From IMG/VR virus record IMGVR_UViG_3300028805_000073: 60,395 bases of DNA, one strand, 5' to 3'. The position numbers and the translations under genes were made by a program. The first letter of the stretch is position 1, and the number at the start of each line of letters is the position of its first letter. The stretch comes from a virus. Taxonomy: Duplodnaviria > Heunggongvirae > Uroviricota > Caudoviricetes. The notes beneath the pieces were generated by a model. That model saw nothing but the letters and a program-made list of their open reading frames with translations. It did not search any database and was not told the origin of the DNA. Shown piece by piece: positions 28,013 through 38,675 of this stretch.

Positions 28013-31000
28013 CTATATCTCGGATCACTTGTTATGTTATAACCTTGGACATATCCAGTATTTATATTTCCTCTAACTTTATTGTCTTCAGGTTTAGGAA
28101 TTATTCCAAATTTTATATTTCCTTTTTCGTCTCTATAGTATCCAACATCTCTAAATTCCTAAGATGCTGGTTTCTATTGAGTTGGAACCACTTCGGATAA
28201 TTCTTCATCTGCTATTTCTGCCATTTGCATAGCAGCTACTATATCAAATTTTCCTTTGTTTTCGTCAGAATATTTTAGTAATTGATTTAACATTTCTAAG
28301 AACCACATTTCAGAATAATAATCTTCTATATAAGATGCAACTAATTCTAATCCATGTTGAATCATTGCTACAGTTGCTGTTGTTCCATAAGGAGTATTAA
28401 AACTTCTTTTTTTATTAGGATCTCCTTGACATACTCTTGGTCTTCTCATAAAATACTACATCCATTTCTCTTTTTTAGCCCAAGTAAGTATTCCAACTTT
28501 AGATGCTTCAAGATTTGCAACTGCATTATAATAGTACATTAATGCTAATGTCTATTCATATGCTTCTTCTATACGTTGTGGTCTATCTAAATAGTAAGCT
28601 ACATACATTGGAGATTTCATTCCGTGTATTCTTCTTTTTATTACAGCACAAAATTTAGATGGATTTTTAGTAGCTTCAGAAGTATCTTGCTATCCTAAAT
28701 CAATTCCGTCTATCCCAGTAACATAAAGACTATTCATTTTACTAAAAGATACTCCTTCTTCTAAGGATTTTCTTTCCATAAATTCTTCTTCGGATTCTCC
28801 TGGTTCTCTATCATATCCATTTCTAATTTCCCATAAAGGATGCTAAAGTATATGAACTGGTCCATTAGGATGAGGTTTAAATCTTACTCCTGAAATATTT
28901 TCTCTTTTATGATTAGGACTACTGTATATAAATTCCATATATCCAGTTTCCACTTTAGGAACATAATTTTTTTTAAATTTAATAGAACTTATTTGCTCTA
29001 TTATTTTTACTTTATTAAATATGTTTTGTCCTTCAAGAGCAAATGCTTCACTAGGATAAAAGCAATATTCAGCTTTATAATCAATCAAAGCTTTTGGAGA
29101 AGATTCTAATTTTCTTCTTTCTTCTTCGTAAAATTCAGTAGCTTTTTTAATATTACATACTCCTCTTTTATCAACATATCCTTCTCTATAAAAAGCTATA
29201 TTAGATGGAATAAAGAAAGCTGTCTTAACCCAATCTCCTTCTTCATTATAATTATTTAGAAATGGTAAAACATTATAAGCTTCTGGATTATAGAACATAT
29301 CTGATAATCCTTCAAGTCCATCACGGTCACCACCAGTACCTCCAGCCATTCTTATACCAAATCTATTACCTCCAATTTCTACAAGAGCATTTCCTTTAAT
29401 ATAAGATTGTCTAAGAACAGGATTAGAACCAGCCTCTTCATAAATAAGTAAATCAACACGATCACCTCTTATTTTTCTATCATTATCAGCTACAATTGCT
29501 TCAATTAAACTTCCCCAACCATCTTCTACCTTTTGACCATTAACCATTTTATAGTAAGATGCTTTTTTAGCCATCTATTTATCAAGTACTTGTCTTAACT
29601 TAAAGAATCCTCCATCAGTATTATCATTTGCAAATGTCATTCCACCCCATACTTTATCAAGAGATTTATCTACATAATTCTAAGCATTTGCTGTAAGCAT
29701 ACATACTGAATTAGGATAACAATTATAAATTTGATTACAAATAGCAGCATTTATTTCGGAAAACCCTCACTTTGTTATCGTATAGGCTTTTTATCCTATA
29801 CTTCTTATAGTTTCCTATAAGGTCAGCGTACATCATCATCTTTCTCTTTAGAGTTAAGATGTTCCGAACTCTTGGGAAGATTATTGCTCTCATTAACGCT
29901 CACTTCCTACGCGTTACAGTGCTCAGAGATGATCTGAGTTACCTCGGTGTTAACATAATAATCAAATTTTTTATATTTTCTACTTAAATAAAAATTAGAA
30001 TCATCATATAGTAAATGAAAAATCTTTTCTGCTTCTTTCTTTGATGCAGTACATATTCTATACATATTATCTCTTTTTAGATAGTTAATATTCATTTTTA
30101 TATTGTTATCTGAAAAGAATTTCAAAAAATCATTAAATATAGAAATAGTTTTTCCATCAATATTTACATGAACCCTTACTCTTGGATTAGGCCTGTTTTT
30201 ATCTTGATATACTCCTCCAGTTATACATCCATCTCCGTCAAAATATCCTCTAACAAAATGTCTAATTAATTCTTTAGGAATATTTGGAATATGTAATTCG
30301 GCATAACTTTTATTATATCCAAATCCTAAATTTACTAAATCATTACATAATTCAACACTTGTTATATCTACTCCATAAGATTCATGTGCATGAACTTTCA
30401 TTCCATTTCTTCCAGAAGTTATGTGTTCTTCTTTTTTAAATGTATAAGCATTTGGACTTATTATATCTTTATAAAGATTTACTATTTCAGAATCTCCTAT
30501 TTGTAAGTGTATTCTAAAAGTTTTTCTTTTTTCATTAATACTTCCGTCTGCTGCATAAAATCCTAAAAGATATGCTTGAAGTTCTGTTTCTATCTTAGAG
30601 AAAAAAGAATGTCTAATTTCTCTAGTTGATATATGATGTAATTCTAAGGGATAATTATCCTCAATCAATTTTAATTGTTCTAATTTATTCATAATATTCA
30701 AAATATAAAAATTTAATTATCTTAGCTTTCACCGATTTTTCGGAATTTTGTCATCTGATATTTCTATCAAAAGGGTACTAGGTTTAGTTAATACCTCTAG
30801 CTTTAAACATACAAACATCTTTCTTTAATAATTTACAAAGTTCAAAGTAATGAAAGAATTCATATTGAGAAGTATAGAATTCAGGAAATATATCACGCCT
30901 ACTTGTTCCAAGTTTTTTGACATTAGTTTCTGGTAATTGATAATAATTTAAGAAATAGTAGTAAGTTCCAGGAATAGTATAACCGTTTACAGTCATTCCT

Positions 31001-31392
31001 TCTCTACATCTTTTATATTCTTCATTCCAAAAATCACGATATGCTTTAGAACCAAAATAATAAGATGTATAATGTCCAGTTTTTAATTTTGTATCTCTAG
31101 CTTCGGTAAACCAACTAGGATCAAAATCTAATCCTTGAGTTTCAGTAATAGGTCTATATCCGCTTAATTCATATGAAAGTCTTTTATCAAAATATTCAAT
31201 AGGATCTCCTATTTTAACATCCCATTCTCCTTCCTTATGTTCAACTTTAGATTTTTGAAGTTCATGTATTTCATCTTGGAGCTACTATTGTTTATCTTGA
31301 ACTTCATCTACTAATGATTGAATTTCTTTTGGTAATTCTTCTGGAACAGGATTTTTTCGAGGTCTTCCTCGTTTCTTTTTAACTTCCTCCAT
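28009..31392 (-). CDS. terL: Terminase large subunit, spliced: join(31392..30791, 29767..28009), 786 aa, TAG=Gln
   Basis: Splicing restores the Walker A-like KARG-I-GFSE (AGA GGT AT|A GGG TTT). Walker B LLIYEEAG and nuclease-region motifs are present. Tandem TAG TAG reads as KQ(QQ)LQ. Confidence 0.9.
29768..30790 (-). mobile_element. Group I intron in terL (1023 nt)
   Basis: The 5' exon ends in U and GGUAU pairs with IGS GUACC through a U.G pair. The intron ends in G. P10 is AAACCU/AGGGUUU and there is a GAAA-capped P9 hairpin (TTATAG GAAA CTATAA). Removal restores the terL frame. Confidence 0.9.
29907..30701 (-). CDS. LAGLIDADG homing endonuclease (two motifs), intron-encoded
   Basis: Motifs AYLLGFYAADGSI and HFVRGYFDGDGCI; 264 aa with no internal TAG. 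Confidence 0.9.
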   Translation of the reverse strand: MNIMNKLEQLKLIEDNYPLELHHISTREIRHSFFSKIETELQAYLLGFYAADGSINEKRKTFRIHLQIGDSEIVNLYKDIISPNAYTFKKEEHITSGRNGMKVHAHESYGVDITSVELCNDLVNLGFGYNKSYAELHIPNIPKELIRHFVRGYFDGDGCITGGVYQDKNRPNPRVRVHVNIDGKTISIFNDFLKFFSDNNIKMNINYLKRDNMYRICTASKKEAEKIFHLLYDDSNFYLSRKYKKFDYYVNTEVTQIISEHCNA

Positions 31393-31943
31393 TATAAGTC
31401 AGGAACAAATCCTTCAGTAGCTCCTGCACGAATCTGATTTTGTTCAGCAATTTCTTTCTTAACAAGAGATTCTATCATTTTAAGATTTTCTATCTATTTA
31501 GCAGCATTTTCCATAGCTTTCTAAATATCTGCTACTTTATTAACATATTTTCCTGTTTGTTCGTCACGTTCTTCTAAATCTACATTATTAAAATAATCGA
31601 TAATTTTATCGGTTACTAATTCTGCAGATTTAAGAAGACGTACGTAACGATTTGATTCTTGTAAAGCTCTGTATTTTCTACAAGCTGCTCTAAAAGAAGA
31701 ATCATTCCATTCTTCTTCGGTTATATGTGCATCCTATAAAGCAGCTTCGTGTCTCTCTTGTTCCGAATATCCATTATAAGGAGATTTCCAATCAATTGCT
31801 AAATAAATATAAGTAAATTCTCTATCAGCTCTATTTTTATCTCTTTTTATAATTGTTCTAAATTCATCAATAAGAGCAAGATCTGCTGAATTAAGAATTA
31901 CTGTACCAGTTTTCTAATCATAATCAAAAACATTTAAATTCAT
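31392..31943 (-). CDS. Conserved protein upstream of terL (183 aa, TAG=Gln); possible small terminase subunit
   Basis: MNLNVFDYD(Q)KTG...FTYIYLAIDWKSPY; its stop overlaps the terL start. The function is inferred from position only. Confidence 0.6.
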
Positions 31944-31965
31944 ATTTACATTAACATTTTATAAA

Positions 31966-32652
31966 TTAATATTTATCTGTGGTTCTTTTGAATCCAGCAG
32001 TTTTAGATGTAGCATCATCAAATTTCTAGAAAATTCCTGTTCCCATATTTGGACGAGTCTAATCTAGACTTTTTACTCGTAAAGAAGTATACTCTCCAGG
32101 AAGTCTTCTTCTAATATTTGTTATAGATGAAGCCGCTCTTTGTGGAGTTATATTACCTACCCATCTTCCTAGATATTTATCAGGATCATGCATCATTACT
32201 TTCATAACATTAGCTCTTTCTTCTGGAGAAAGTTTATCAAGAATATTATTAATATTTAATCTTGAAGCTCTTGTCATTTTATATGCATCAAATAATTCCT
32301 AATAATTTGGAAGATTTGGAACCTCAATTTGCGCAGCATATCCATTACCCTATTTAACCGTTTTAGGACCTGTTGCTATAGATTTAGGTTTTGGAGATTT
32401 AATAATTGCTTTAGCTGCTTTAGCTGCTTTTTCAGTTTTCATTGCTCTAACCATTTGTAAAGCTTCCCAAGCATTTTTTGCTTTTGTTATTCCAACATTA
32501 GGAGCATCTCCAGTAATTAGATAAGGATCACTTGGACTAAATCCTCCTAAATAAGCTTTAGCAGCATTATAATAATTTAAAATACTTGGACCCTAACTTA
32601 AGTAAGATTTAGCTATTTCTAAATTTCTATTACGTCTTTTTTCTGGAGACAT
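31966..32652 (-). CDS. Hypothetical basic protein (228 aa, TAG=Gln)
   Basis: In frame with track ORF 32059-32277; ends TAA 31966. Start position uncertain. Confidence 0.55.
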
Positions 32653-32672
32653 TCTAGAAAACTATTCATATG

Positions 32673-33302
32673 TTATACCTCCTTCTTGATAAAAGGGATA
32701 CCGTTTAAACTACCTCCCTAACGATGCATTTTAAATTTAGCAACAGCTCCATTACAAGCTTTTAGTTTAGAACCTCCGCAATCTTTTTTAACCTTACCTC
32801 CACATTTTTTCACTTCATGATCTCCTTTTCCCTCTAAATAATCTTTTTCAGAATCCTTTACTTTTTTACTAGAATAATCATTTTTATGGTATTTTCTTTT
32901 TAAAGCATCAAGCATTGGTTGTTTAGTGGATCCAGGATTTTTCTCCTAAGTTGGTAGATTAGGAACAGGTTTTCTATTTTTAAATTTATCAACAACCGTA
33001 CCTTTTTTAGCTTTAGTTACTTCTCCTCCATCTTCCTTCTTTTTACAACCACAACTTACAGAACCACCTTTTTTGTAATAGTAGAGTTCTTCTCCTTCAG
33101 GACATTGATTCTTTAAAGAACGGAAATAGTTTAATTTAGTACCATGAGCTGCTTTCTTTGTTTTTTGGGATTTGTATTTCTTATACAAATCAGCTACTTC
33201 TTTTTCATCTTTTGGACTATATTTATTATCTTCTAACCATTTTTTAAAACTTTCTAATTCTTTCTATTGTTCTGGTGAAAGCTTTTTATTTTGTGTATTC
33301 AT
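32673..33302 (-). CDS. Lys-rich protein with repeated K.GG/CGGK motifs (209 aa, TAG=Gln)
   Basis: Joins track ORFs 32946-33188 and 32718-32915; ends HR(Q)GGSLNGIPFIKKEV. Confidence 0.7.
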
Positions 33303-33304
33303 AG

Positions 33305-33535
33305 TTAATCAATTAAGATTAAATCTTTTGTTGAAAAAATTGCTTCTTGTAAGAAACCATTTTCTGTAAACCATCTTACCTTTACTCCTTTAAGTAAGGC
33401 ATTCTTATCTTCATTTCTAATTATAGAACGTTCAACTCTATATACTAACATAATAGGTTTATTTGGTATATCCTATTTTAAAGTTACTTTTTGTCCAGGA
33501 GTAAAATAAACCTTATCATCAATAAAATTATTCAT
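33305..33535 (-). CDS. Small beta-barrel protein (76 aa, TAG=Gln)
   Basis: FTPGQKVTLK(Q)DIPNKPIMLV...VKVRWFTENG. Confidence 0.65.
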
Positions 33536-33536
33536 A

Positions 33537-34124
33537 TTACTTTAAATTTTTAAATCTTTCTGTAAGTCGTTCATTAACAACTGCAAGAACTCTATTTTCA
33601 CATACAAGTTGTAAATTTTGTTTATAGAATGGAACTGGAACTGCAGAGGGTTTAGTATAGAATATAGTATCATCTGGTTTACACCATTTGCATTCTGGAC
33701 CAACTTCTTGAATTACTCCTACCTTAATAAATTGTTCTTCTTCTTCAATTTGACCGTTGTCAGTATTTTTATATTGAGGTTTCATTCCACCCATATCAAG
33801 AATAAGTCCAGATTTAGAATCTCTAACTATTCTTTGGAATGGATTTTCTTCAAATTGTTTACAAAGAACATAATTACCAATAGGCATTATTTCTATATTC
33901 TCAACATTATTATTAACTTTTTCAGCAAACTCTTTTAAATTAGTAGAATGTTGTTCAAATTTTTCAGCAAAAGAATCAACTTCCTGATTAAATTTCTTAG
34001 TGTTTCTTTCTTTAATAATATCATCTGCTGTTCTGCCATCTAATGTTACAATGCGTGTTGTACTTTCTCCAGCTATATTCATAGCTATTTTTTCATTTTC
34101 ACTTAAAATAGGATGTTCTTCCAT
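33537..34124 (-). CDS. GroES-like co-chaperonin domain protein
   Basis: IMPIGNYVLCKQ...KVGVIQEVGPECKWCKPDDTIFY follows the GroES pattern. Confidence 0.7.
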   Translation of the reverse strand: MEEHPILSENEKIAMNIAGESTTRIVTLDGRTADDIIKERNTKKFNQEVDSFAEKFEQHSTNLKEFAEKVNNNVENIEIMPIGNYVLCKQFEENPFQRIVRDSKSGLILDMGGMKPQYKNTDNGQIEEEEQFIKVGVIQEVGPECKWCKPDDTIFYTKPSAVPVPFYKQNLQLVCENRVLAVVNERLTERFKNLK

Positions 34125-34125
34125 A

Positions 34126-34419
34126 TTACCATTTATTCATTAAACATTTTTCGGACTCTATGCTTGCTTTACTTTTTAATATACAACCACAGAGTTCACA
34201 TATATGTGAACCCATATATTTTATATTATGTTCACAATTTTTACAAATATCTAATCTTTTTTTCATTTCATCTGATTGATAACCAGTTAAATTTCTCCAA
34301 TTACCAACTATTATATTTCGTATTTTAAGAAAGAGATTCTTTACCATATAATAACTTATTATAAAACTCTTTGAGTTTTTTCCATTCATCATAATCCATA
34401 TAATACTTTTTTTCTCCAA
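34126..34419 (-). CDS. Small Cys-rich (Zn-binding) protein
   Basis: RLDICKNC...CELCGC...KASIESEKCLMNKW. Start position uncertain. Confidence 0.65.
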   Translation of the reverse strand: MEKKSIIWIMMNGKNSKSFIISYYMVKNLFLKIRNIIVGNWRNLTGYQSDEMKKRLDICKNCEHNIKYMGSHICELCGCILKSKASIESEKCLMNKW

Positions 34420-34425
34420 CTTTAA

Positions 34426-34641
34426 TTACCATTTTCCTGCTATACAATGACTATTCAAACTTTTCATTTTTATATCTATATTACATCCACATCCTCTAAC
34501 ATATCCAGATTTAGAATGAGTAGATACTTCATTAGTATCTGGATTTATCCAAAGTTTTGGATTACACAATCTATTAATAGGATTATATATAGGACAAGAT
34601 TCACAAATTTTCTTTCTATCATTAATATTCTATACGTTCAT
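34426..34641 (-). CDS. Small Cys-rich protein, similar in pattern to 34126-34419 (71 aa, TAG=Gln)
   Basis: RKKICESCP...GCGC...HCIAGKW, with one in-frame TAG near the start. Confidence 0.65.
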
Positions 34642-35542
34642 ATTTTTGTCTTTGTTTTTCTAATTTTTGTTGCTTAGCAAAATGCTTTAACATTTTTTCT
34701 ACATCATCTTTTAAATAGGAACAATTATAAAGAGTATTGTTTCCTTCATGATCATAATGATTTAAAGTTAAACTTTTAATAACAAATTCAGGATTAATCT
34801 TTTGAATCATCCAAGCATAAGTAGATAACTGAAGTTGATATATATTAAAATTACAATTATCTAAAGATGTTAAAGGATATTTTAATTTTTCTGTACTGCG
34901 TGTAGAATTATTATAAAATCCTTTTAAATCAATTTTCTTGTTACTCTTATGGTCAATTATATGAATATCATTACTATTTTTAACTAATAAATCAATTTGT
35001 CCAGCTATATGTAAATCTAGTTTAGGATTATCATAATAAATAAGATATTCTGGATATATTCCATATTCTAAATCTAATTCATTATAATTTTTCTTACATT
35101 CAAATTTACCTCCAATTCCAAACTTTTTTAAAGTTATATTAGAACCAGCTTTATAAAATGAATTTTCTAGTTGTGAATGAATTTTAGTTCCTCTTTCACA
35201 AGATTCTTTATTTATTTTAGCCCATTCATCAAGAATATCTTGTTGAGTTTTATTAAGTTCAGATTCTGAAATATTATATACTTCTAAAAAATCTTTAGGT
35301 ATTTTTTTAGATTTCCAGATTCCGCCTTTTTCTTTTTTCCAATCTGAAGGTGATAAAAGTCTTTCAAGTGCTTTGTAACGTGATATAAAATCTTTATCAA
35401 ATTCAGGTTCATATTTACCAATCATTGTAGTAACAGAGGTATATTTAATTTCTGGTTGTTTAAAATTTCCATAAACGTGATCACTTTCTCTAAACCACAT
35501 ATCTCCATTTACTTTATCATATTCCATTTTTTCATTTAACAT
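34622..35542 (-). CDS. PD-(D/E)xK family nuclease/exonuclease
   Basis: SVTTMI, ERGTKIH, IAGQIDLL...IIDHKSN and YQLQLSTY motifs. Confidence 0.8.
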   Translation of the reverse strand: MLNEKMEYDKVNGDMWFRESDHVYGNFKQPEIKYTSVTTMIGKYEPEFDKDFISRYKALERLLSPSDWKKEKGGIWKSKKIPKDFLEVYNISESELNKTQQDILDEWAKINKESCERGTKIHSQLENSFYKAGSNITLKKFGIGGKFECKKNYNELDLEYGIYPEYLIYYDNPKLDLHIAGQIDLLVKNSNDIHIIDHKSNKKIDLKGFYNNSTRSTEKLKYPLTSLDNCNFNIYQLQLSTYAWMIQKINPEFVIKSLTLNHYDHEGNNTLYNCSYLKDDVEKMLKHFAKQQKLEKQRQKYERIEY

Positions 35543-35552
35543 TTTAAAATAC

Positions 35553-36170
35553 TTATTTAGAATTATCTTTTATATAATTTAAAATACCTTCTATGTGAAG
35601 TCTAACAATTTCATGAAATCCTTCATCACTTAATAAATAATCTACATCTTTTTTATTATCCATAAAAAAGTTTTCAGTTAATACAGCAGGACAATTTGTA
35701 TGTTTTAATACATATAAATGAGCTTCTTTATCTGGATCTCCATCACTATAATCTGTTCTCATTTTTTTATCCTTTGTATTATATTTAGCTGCATTATATA
35801 AACAAGTAGCAAGTTTATCAGATTTTGTTTTACCTACAGTTGTATAAATTTCCCATCCTGTTCCTGTATGCCATTTTCCATCTGACCCAGCAGCATTAAC
35901 ATGTATAGAAACATATATACAATCTTTATATTTTTTTACTAAATCATTAACAATTTTACATCTTAATGATAATTCTTTAGACTAGGATAATTTTAAATCA
36001 TCATCTTTAACATCAATAAATACTTGATATCCCATATCTTTAAGAATAGCTTCTATAGCTTGAACTATTTCTCTAGAATATTCATATTCTTTTAATCTTT
36101 TATCAGGAGAACATTTTCCAGATATACTTTTCTAATGAGCTGTACCAAGAATAATTGTTATTGTGTGCAT
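35553..36170 (-). CDS. N-acetylmuramoyl-L-alanine amidase (Amidase_3) endolysin (205 aa, TAG=Gln)
   Basis: IILGTAH, KEYEYSR, YVSIHVNAAG and CPAVLTENFFMDN catalytic motifs. Two in-frame TAGs, one directly after the first His. Confidence 0.88.
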
Positions 36171-36838
36171 ATTTTTTCGTAGTCTAATAATATAGCTAAT
36201 TTCTAAATATGGGGTAATATTCTACCTGCATATCTATAATCATATCTCCTAGGTTCTTTATAAAAAAGAATAATTAATCCTATTTGTGAATTATGTCCTT
36301 CTATAGTAAAGAAAGATACTGAACTTGCTTCACTAGTTTTAACTAATCTATAAAGTTTAGGAAGAGATCTACTCATTAATTCTATATTTTCAAATCTAAC
36401 AAAACTCTAACTATGTATTTTAGCTAATTCATCTGCATAATATATATAATCTAATTTATTCCATTGCTATATCAATGTAGGAGTATCTAATGATCTTGGA
36501 GCTTCTGTGAGACAAGATAAATACAAATATTTGTAACCTTGCAAACTTTGAGTATTATTATGATAATTTAAAAGTAATACATCAAAAGCATCTTTATCTA
36601 TTTCGGCTATTGATTGAACTTGCTAGTTTATTTCTATAGCTGTTTCTATTGAATATTGTTCAGCTTTTTTGTTGTTTACAATTTCTTGTTTGTGTTTTTC
36701 ATTTATTTGTCTAGCAGTTTCAACAGTTATCTGGGAATATAAAATCCATCCAAGTAAAAGTACAATGATAAGACTTCTTGTTTCTGGATGAATTCTATTT
36801 AATATTCCCCATAAATACTTAATCCAGTTTAAATTCAT
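36158..36838 (-). CDS. Putative holin-like membrane protein with soluble GAF-like domain (226 aa, TAG=Gln)
   Basis: N-terminal transmembrane segment SLIIVLLLGWILY, then a soluble domain; directly upstream of the amidase. Function inferred. Confidence 0.55.
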
Positions 36839-36877
36839 GTTTTAATCATTATTAATATAAAAATATTTGTATTTATT

Positions 36878-36908
36878 CAAAAGTATTAGTATATTTAATA
36901 ATGTCAAA
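36878..36908 (-). promoter_or_regulatory. Bacteroidota primary-sigma promoter (-33 TTTG, -7 TAnnTTTG)
   Basis: The minus strand reads TTTG-N19-TACTTTTG, about 40 nt upstream of the 36838 start. Confidence 0.65.
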
Positions 36909-36985
36909 ATAAATGATATTTAAAAATATAAAAATCAAATTTTTGAATAAGATAATTAGTTTTAATTTAACACTTTATATAAAAT

Positions 36986-37789
36986 ATGAATGAAAAATAG
37001 ATTAAAAAGATGTAGACTACTAGTAAAGGACTTATAGATAAACAAGGAAGTAAAATGAATATATTAGAATTTTTAAAAAATGGAAGTAAAATCCATATTA
37101 AGGAAAAGAATAAAGGTAAGTTTACTTCTTATTGTGGAGGTAAAGTAACAGATAAATGTATTTAGAAAGGTAAAAATTCTTCTAATCCTGCTATTAGAAA
37201 AAGAGCTACATTTGCAGCTAATGCTAGAAAGTGGAAGCATAAAAAAGGAGGAAACATATTATTTAAATTAAGAAGATATTAGGAAGGTGGTTAGACTACA
37301 AATAATAAATTTGACTATGGTCAAGTTATAAATGTAGCTTCAGATGTACTTTCTACTATCTAGCAGAACAAAGCTGTTGATGCTTCTATAAAAAATCTAA
37401 GAGCATAGGCTGATTTATAGAAGAAAAAATTATTCTATAATAATTATAAATCTTTATTAGGATAGCAATTAGATAGAAGTCCAATAGTTAATTAGAATAG
37501 AGCTTATATTCAAGCTAATAATATGTCAGATGTTTCTGATATAGATCAATAGTTTTTAAATCAAGAACAAGAATTATTAAATTAGAAATAGAAGAATACA
37601 TCAAGATTGATAAGTTCTATAGGAGGATTAGCTTAGTCATATTTTAGTAATTTAGGTAATAAAAATCAAATTTCTACTACTGGTAAAAATGATCCAACTC
37701 CTTCTCCAATAAGAAAAACATATACAACAGAAATTACTAAACCATTTAATAATACTGCTGATGAATGGAGACAATTAATTATAAATTAA
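36986..37789 (+). CDS. Conserved crAss-type protein (267 aa, many in-frame TAG; absent from the ORF track)
   Basis: Contains IHIKEKNKGKFTSYCGGKVTDKCI(Q)KGKNSSNPAIRKRATFAANARKWKH; ATG 36986 to TAA 37789. Confidence 0.75.
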
Positions 37790-37790
37790 T

Positions 37791-38138
37791 ATGAAGATAA
37801 TTAAAAATACATTAATTCCTTTTAAAGGATATTTAGCAATTAATTTATTTGGAGTTTTATTTGTTAGAAAAGAATTATATTCTAAATTAAAATTAAGAGA
37901 TATTAATCATGAATAGATTCATACTAAATAGATGAAAGAACTTTTATATATAGGATTTTATATAATATATTTATTGGAATGGTTATATAGAGTTTTATTT
38001 ACTAAAGATAGATTTAGTCATAAAGCATATAAGAATATATCTTTTGAAAGAGAAGCATATAATAATCAAGATAATTTAGGTTATATAGAGACAAGAATAT
38101 CTTATGCACAATGGAAAAAGCCGAACATCTCGAAATGA
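37791..38138 (+). CDS. Conserved small membrane/peptidase-like protein (115 aa, TAG=Gln)
   Basis: INHE(Q)IHTK(Q)MKELLYIGFY...FEREAY, which includes an HExxH motif. Confidence 0.75.
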
Positions 38139-38156
38139 GAAGCTCGGCTTTTTTAT
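38118..38156 (+). terminator. Intrinsic terminator between convergent genes
   Basis: AAGCCGA...TCGGCTT stem followed by a T run. Confidence 0.65.
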
Positions 38157-38305
38157 TGTTCTGGGTCTAAACTATATTCATTTAATTTATCTAACCAATT
38201 TAAAAACGGTTGTTCATTAATCATATTATATTCAATAGATAGTTTGCGTATTGCTTCTATCTCTTGAATATTGCTCTCATAAAGCTATTCAAGTAATTTA
38301 TTCAT
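38153..38305 (-). CDS. Small hypothetical protein (50 aa, one TAG)
   Basis: ATG 38305 to TAA 38153. Confidence 0.45.
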
Positions 38306-38585
38306 AATACATTGTCTCTAAAAATTCTTTATTATAATGTTTAGAAAGAAATTTTTCAATTGGAGGTCTTGTTCCTTTTGAAACATAACATACTCTTCTA
38401 ATATCATCTAATGTTGAACGTATAATAACTTGTTCTTTATCTAACATATAATCCTCTATAGAATTATCTTCTTTCTTTTTTTCATCTGGAAGAATTTCTA
38501 TATCTTCCATAGTTATTCCCATCTTTTTTAATTTCTTTTCTACATTGACGGGATTATAAATTTTACCATTATATTTAAATTTCAT
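38298..38585 (-). CDS. Hypothetical protein
   Basis: Track ORF of 95 aa. Confidence 0.65.
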   Translation of the reverse strand: MKFKYNGKIYNPVNVEKKLKKMGITMEDIEILPDEKKKEDNSIEDYMLDKEQVIIRSTLDDIRRVCYVSKGTRPPIEKFLSKHYNKEFLETMYYE

Positions 38586-38590
38586 AATTG

Positions 38591-38666
38591 TTGGGGAAGC
38601 AGGATTCGAACCCGCGTAATGCAGAGATTTAGAGTCTCCAGTCTGAGGCCGCTCGACTATTCCCCA
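38591..38666 (-). tRNA. Amber suppressor tRNA, anticodon CUA, probable Gln identity
   Basis: TGGGGAA/TTCCCCA acceptor (U1-A72, G2-C71, G3-C70), anticodon arm GGAGA CT-CTA-AA TCTCT, T arm GCGGG TTCGAAT CCTGC. Confidence 0.92.
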
Positions 38667-38675
38667 TTATTGGAC

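Noticed and set aside
6594-34677. Plus-strand track ORFs in the late region (for example 6594-7001, 13615-13944, 27266-27658, 33618-33938)
   Set aside because: They are antisense shadows of the recoded genes, with low-complexity Ile/Phe/Ser-rich translations.
1-36838. Fragmented minus-strand ORFs as pseudogenes or sequencing errors
   Set aside because: The breaks checked are in-frame TAGs with no frameshifts, fragments share frames over kilobases, and a CUA tRNA is present.
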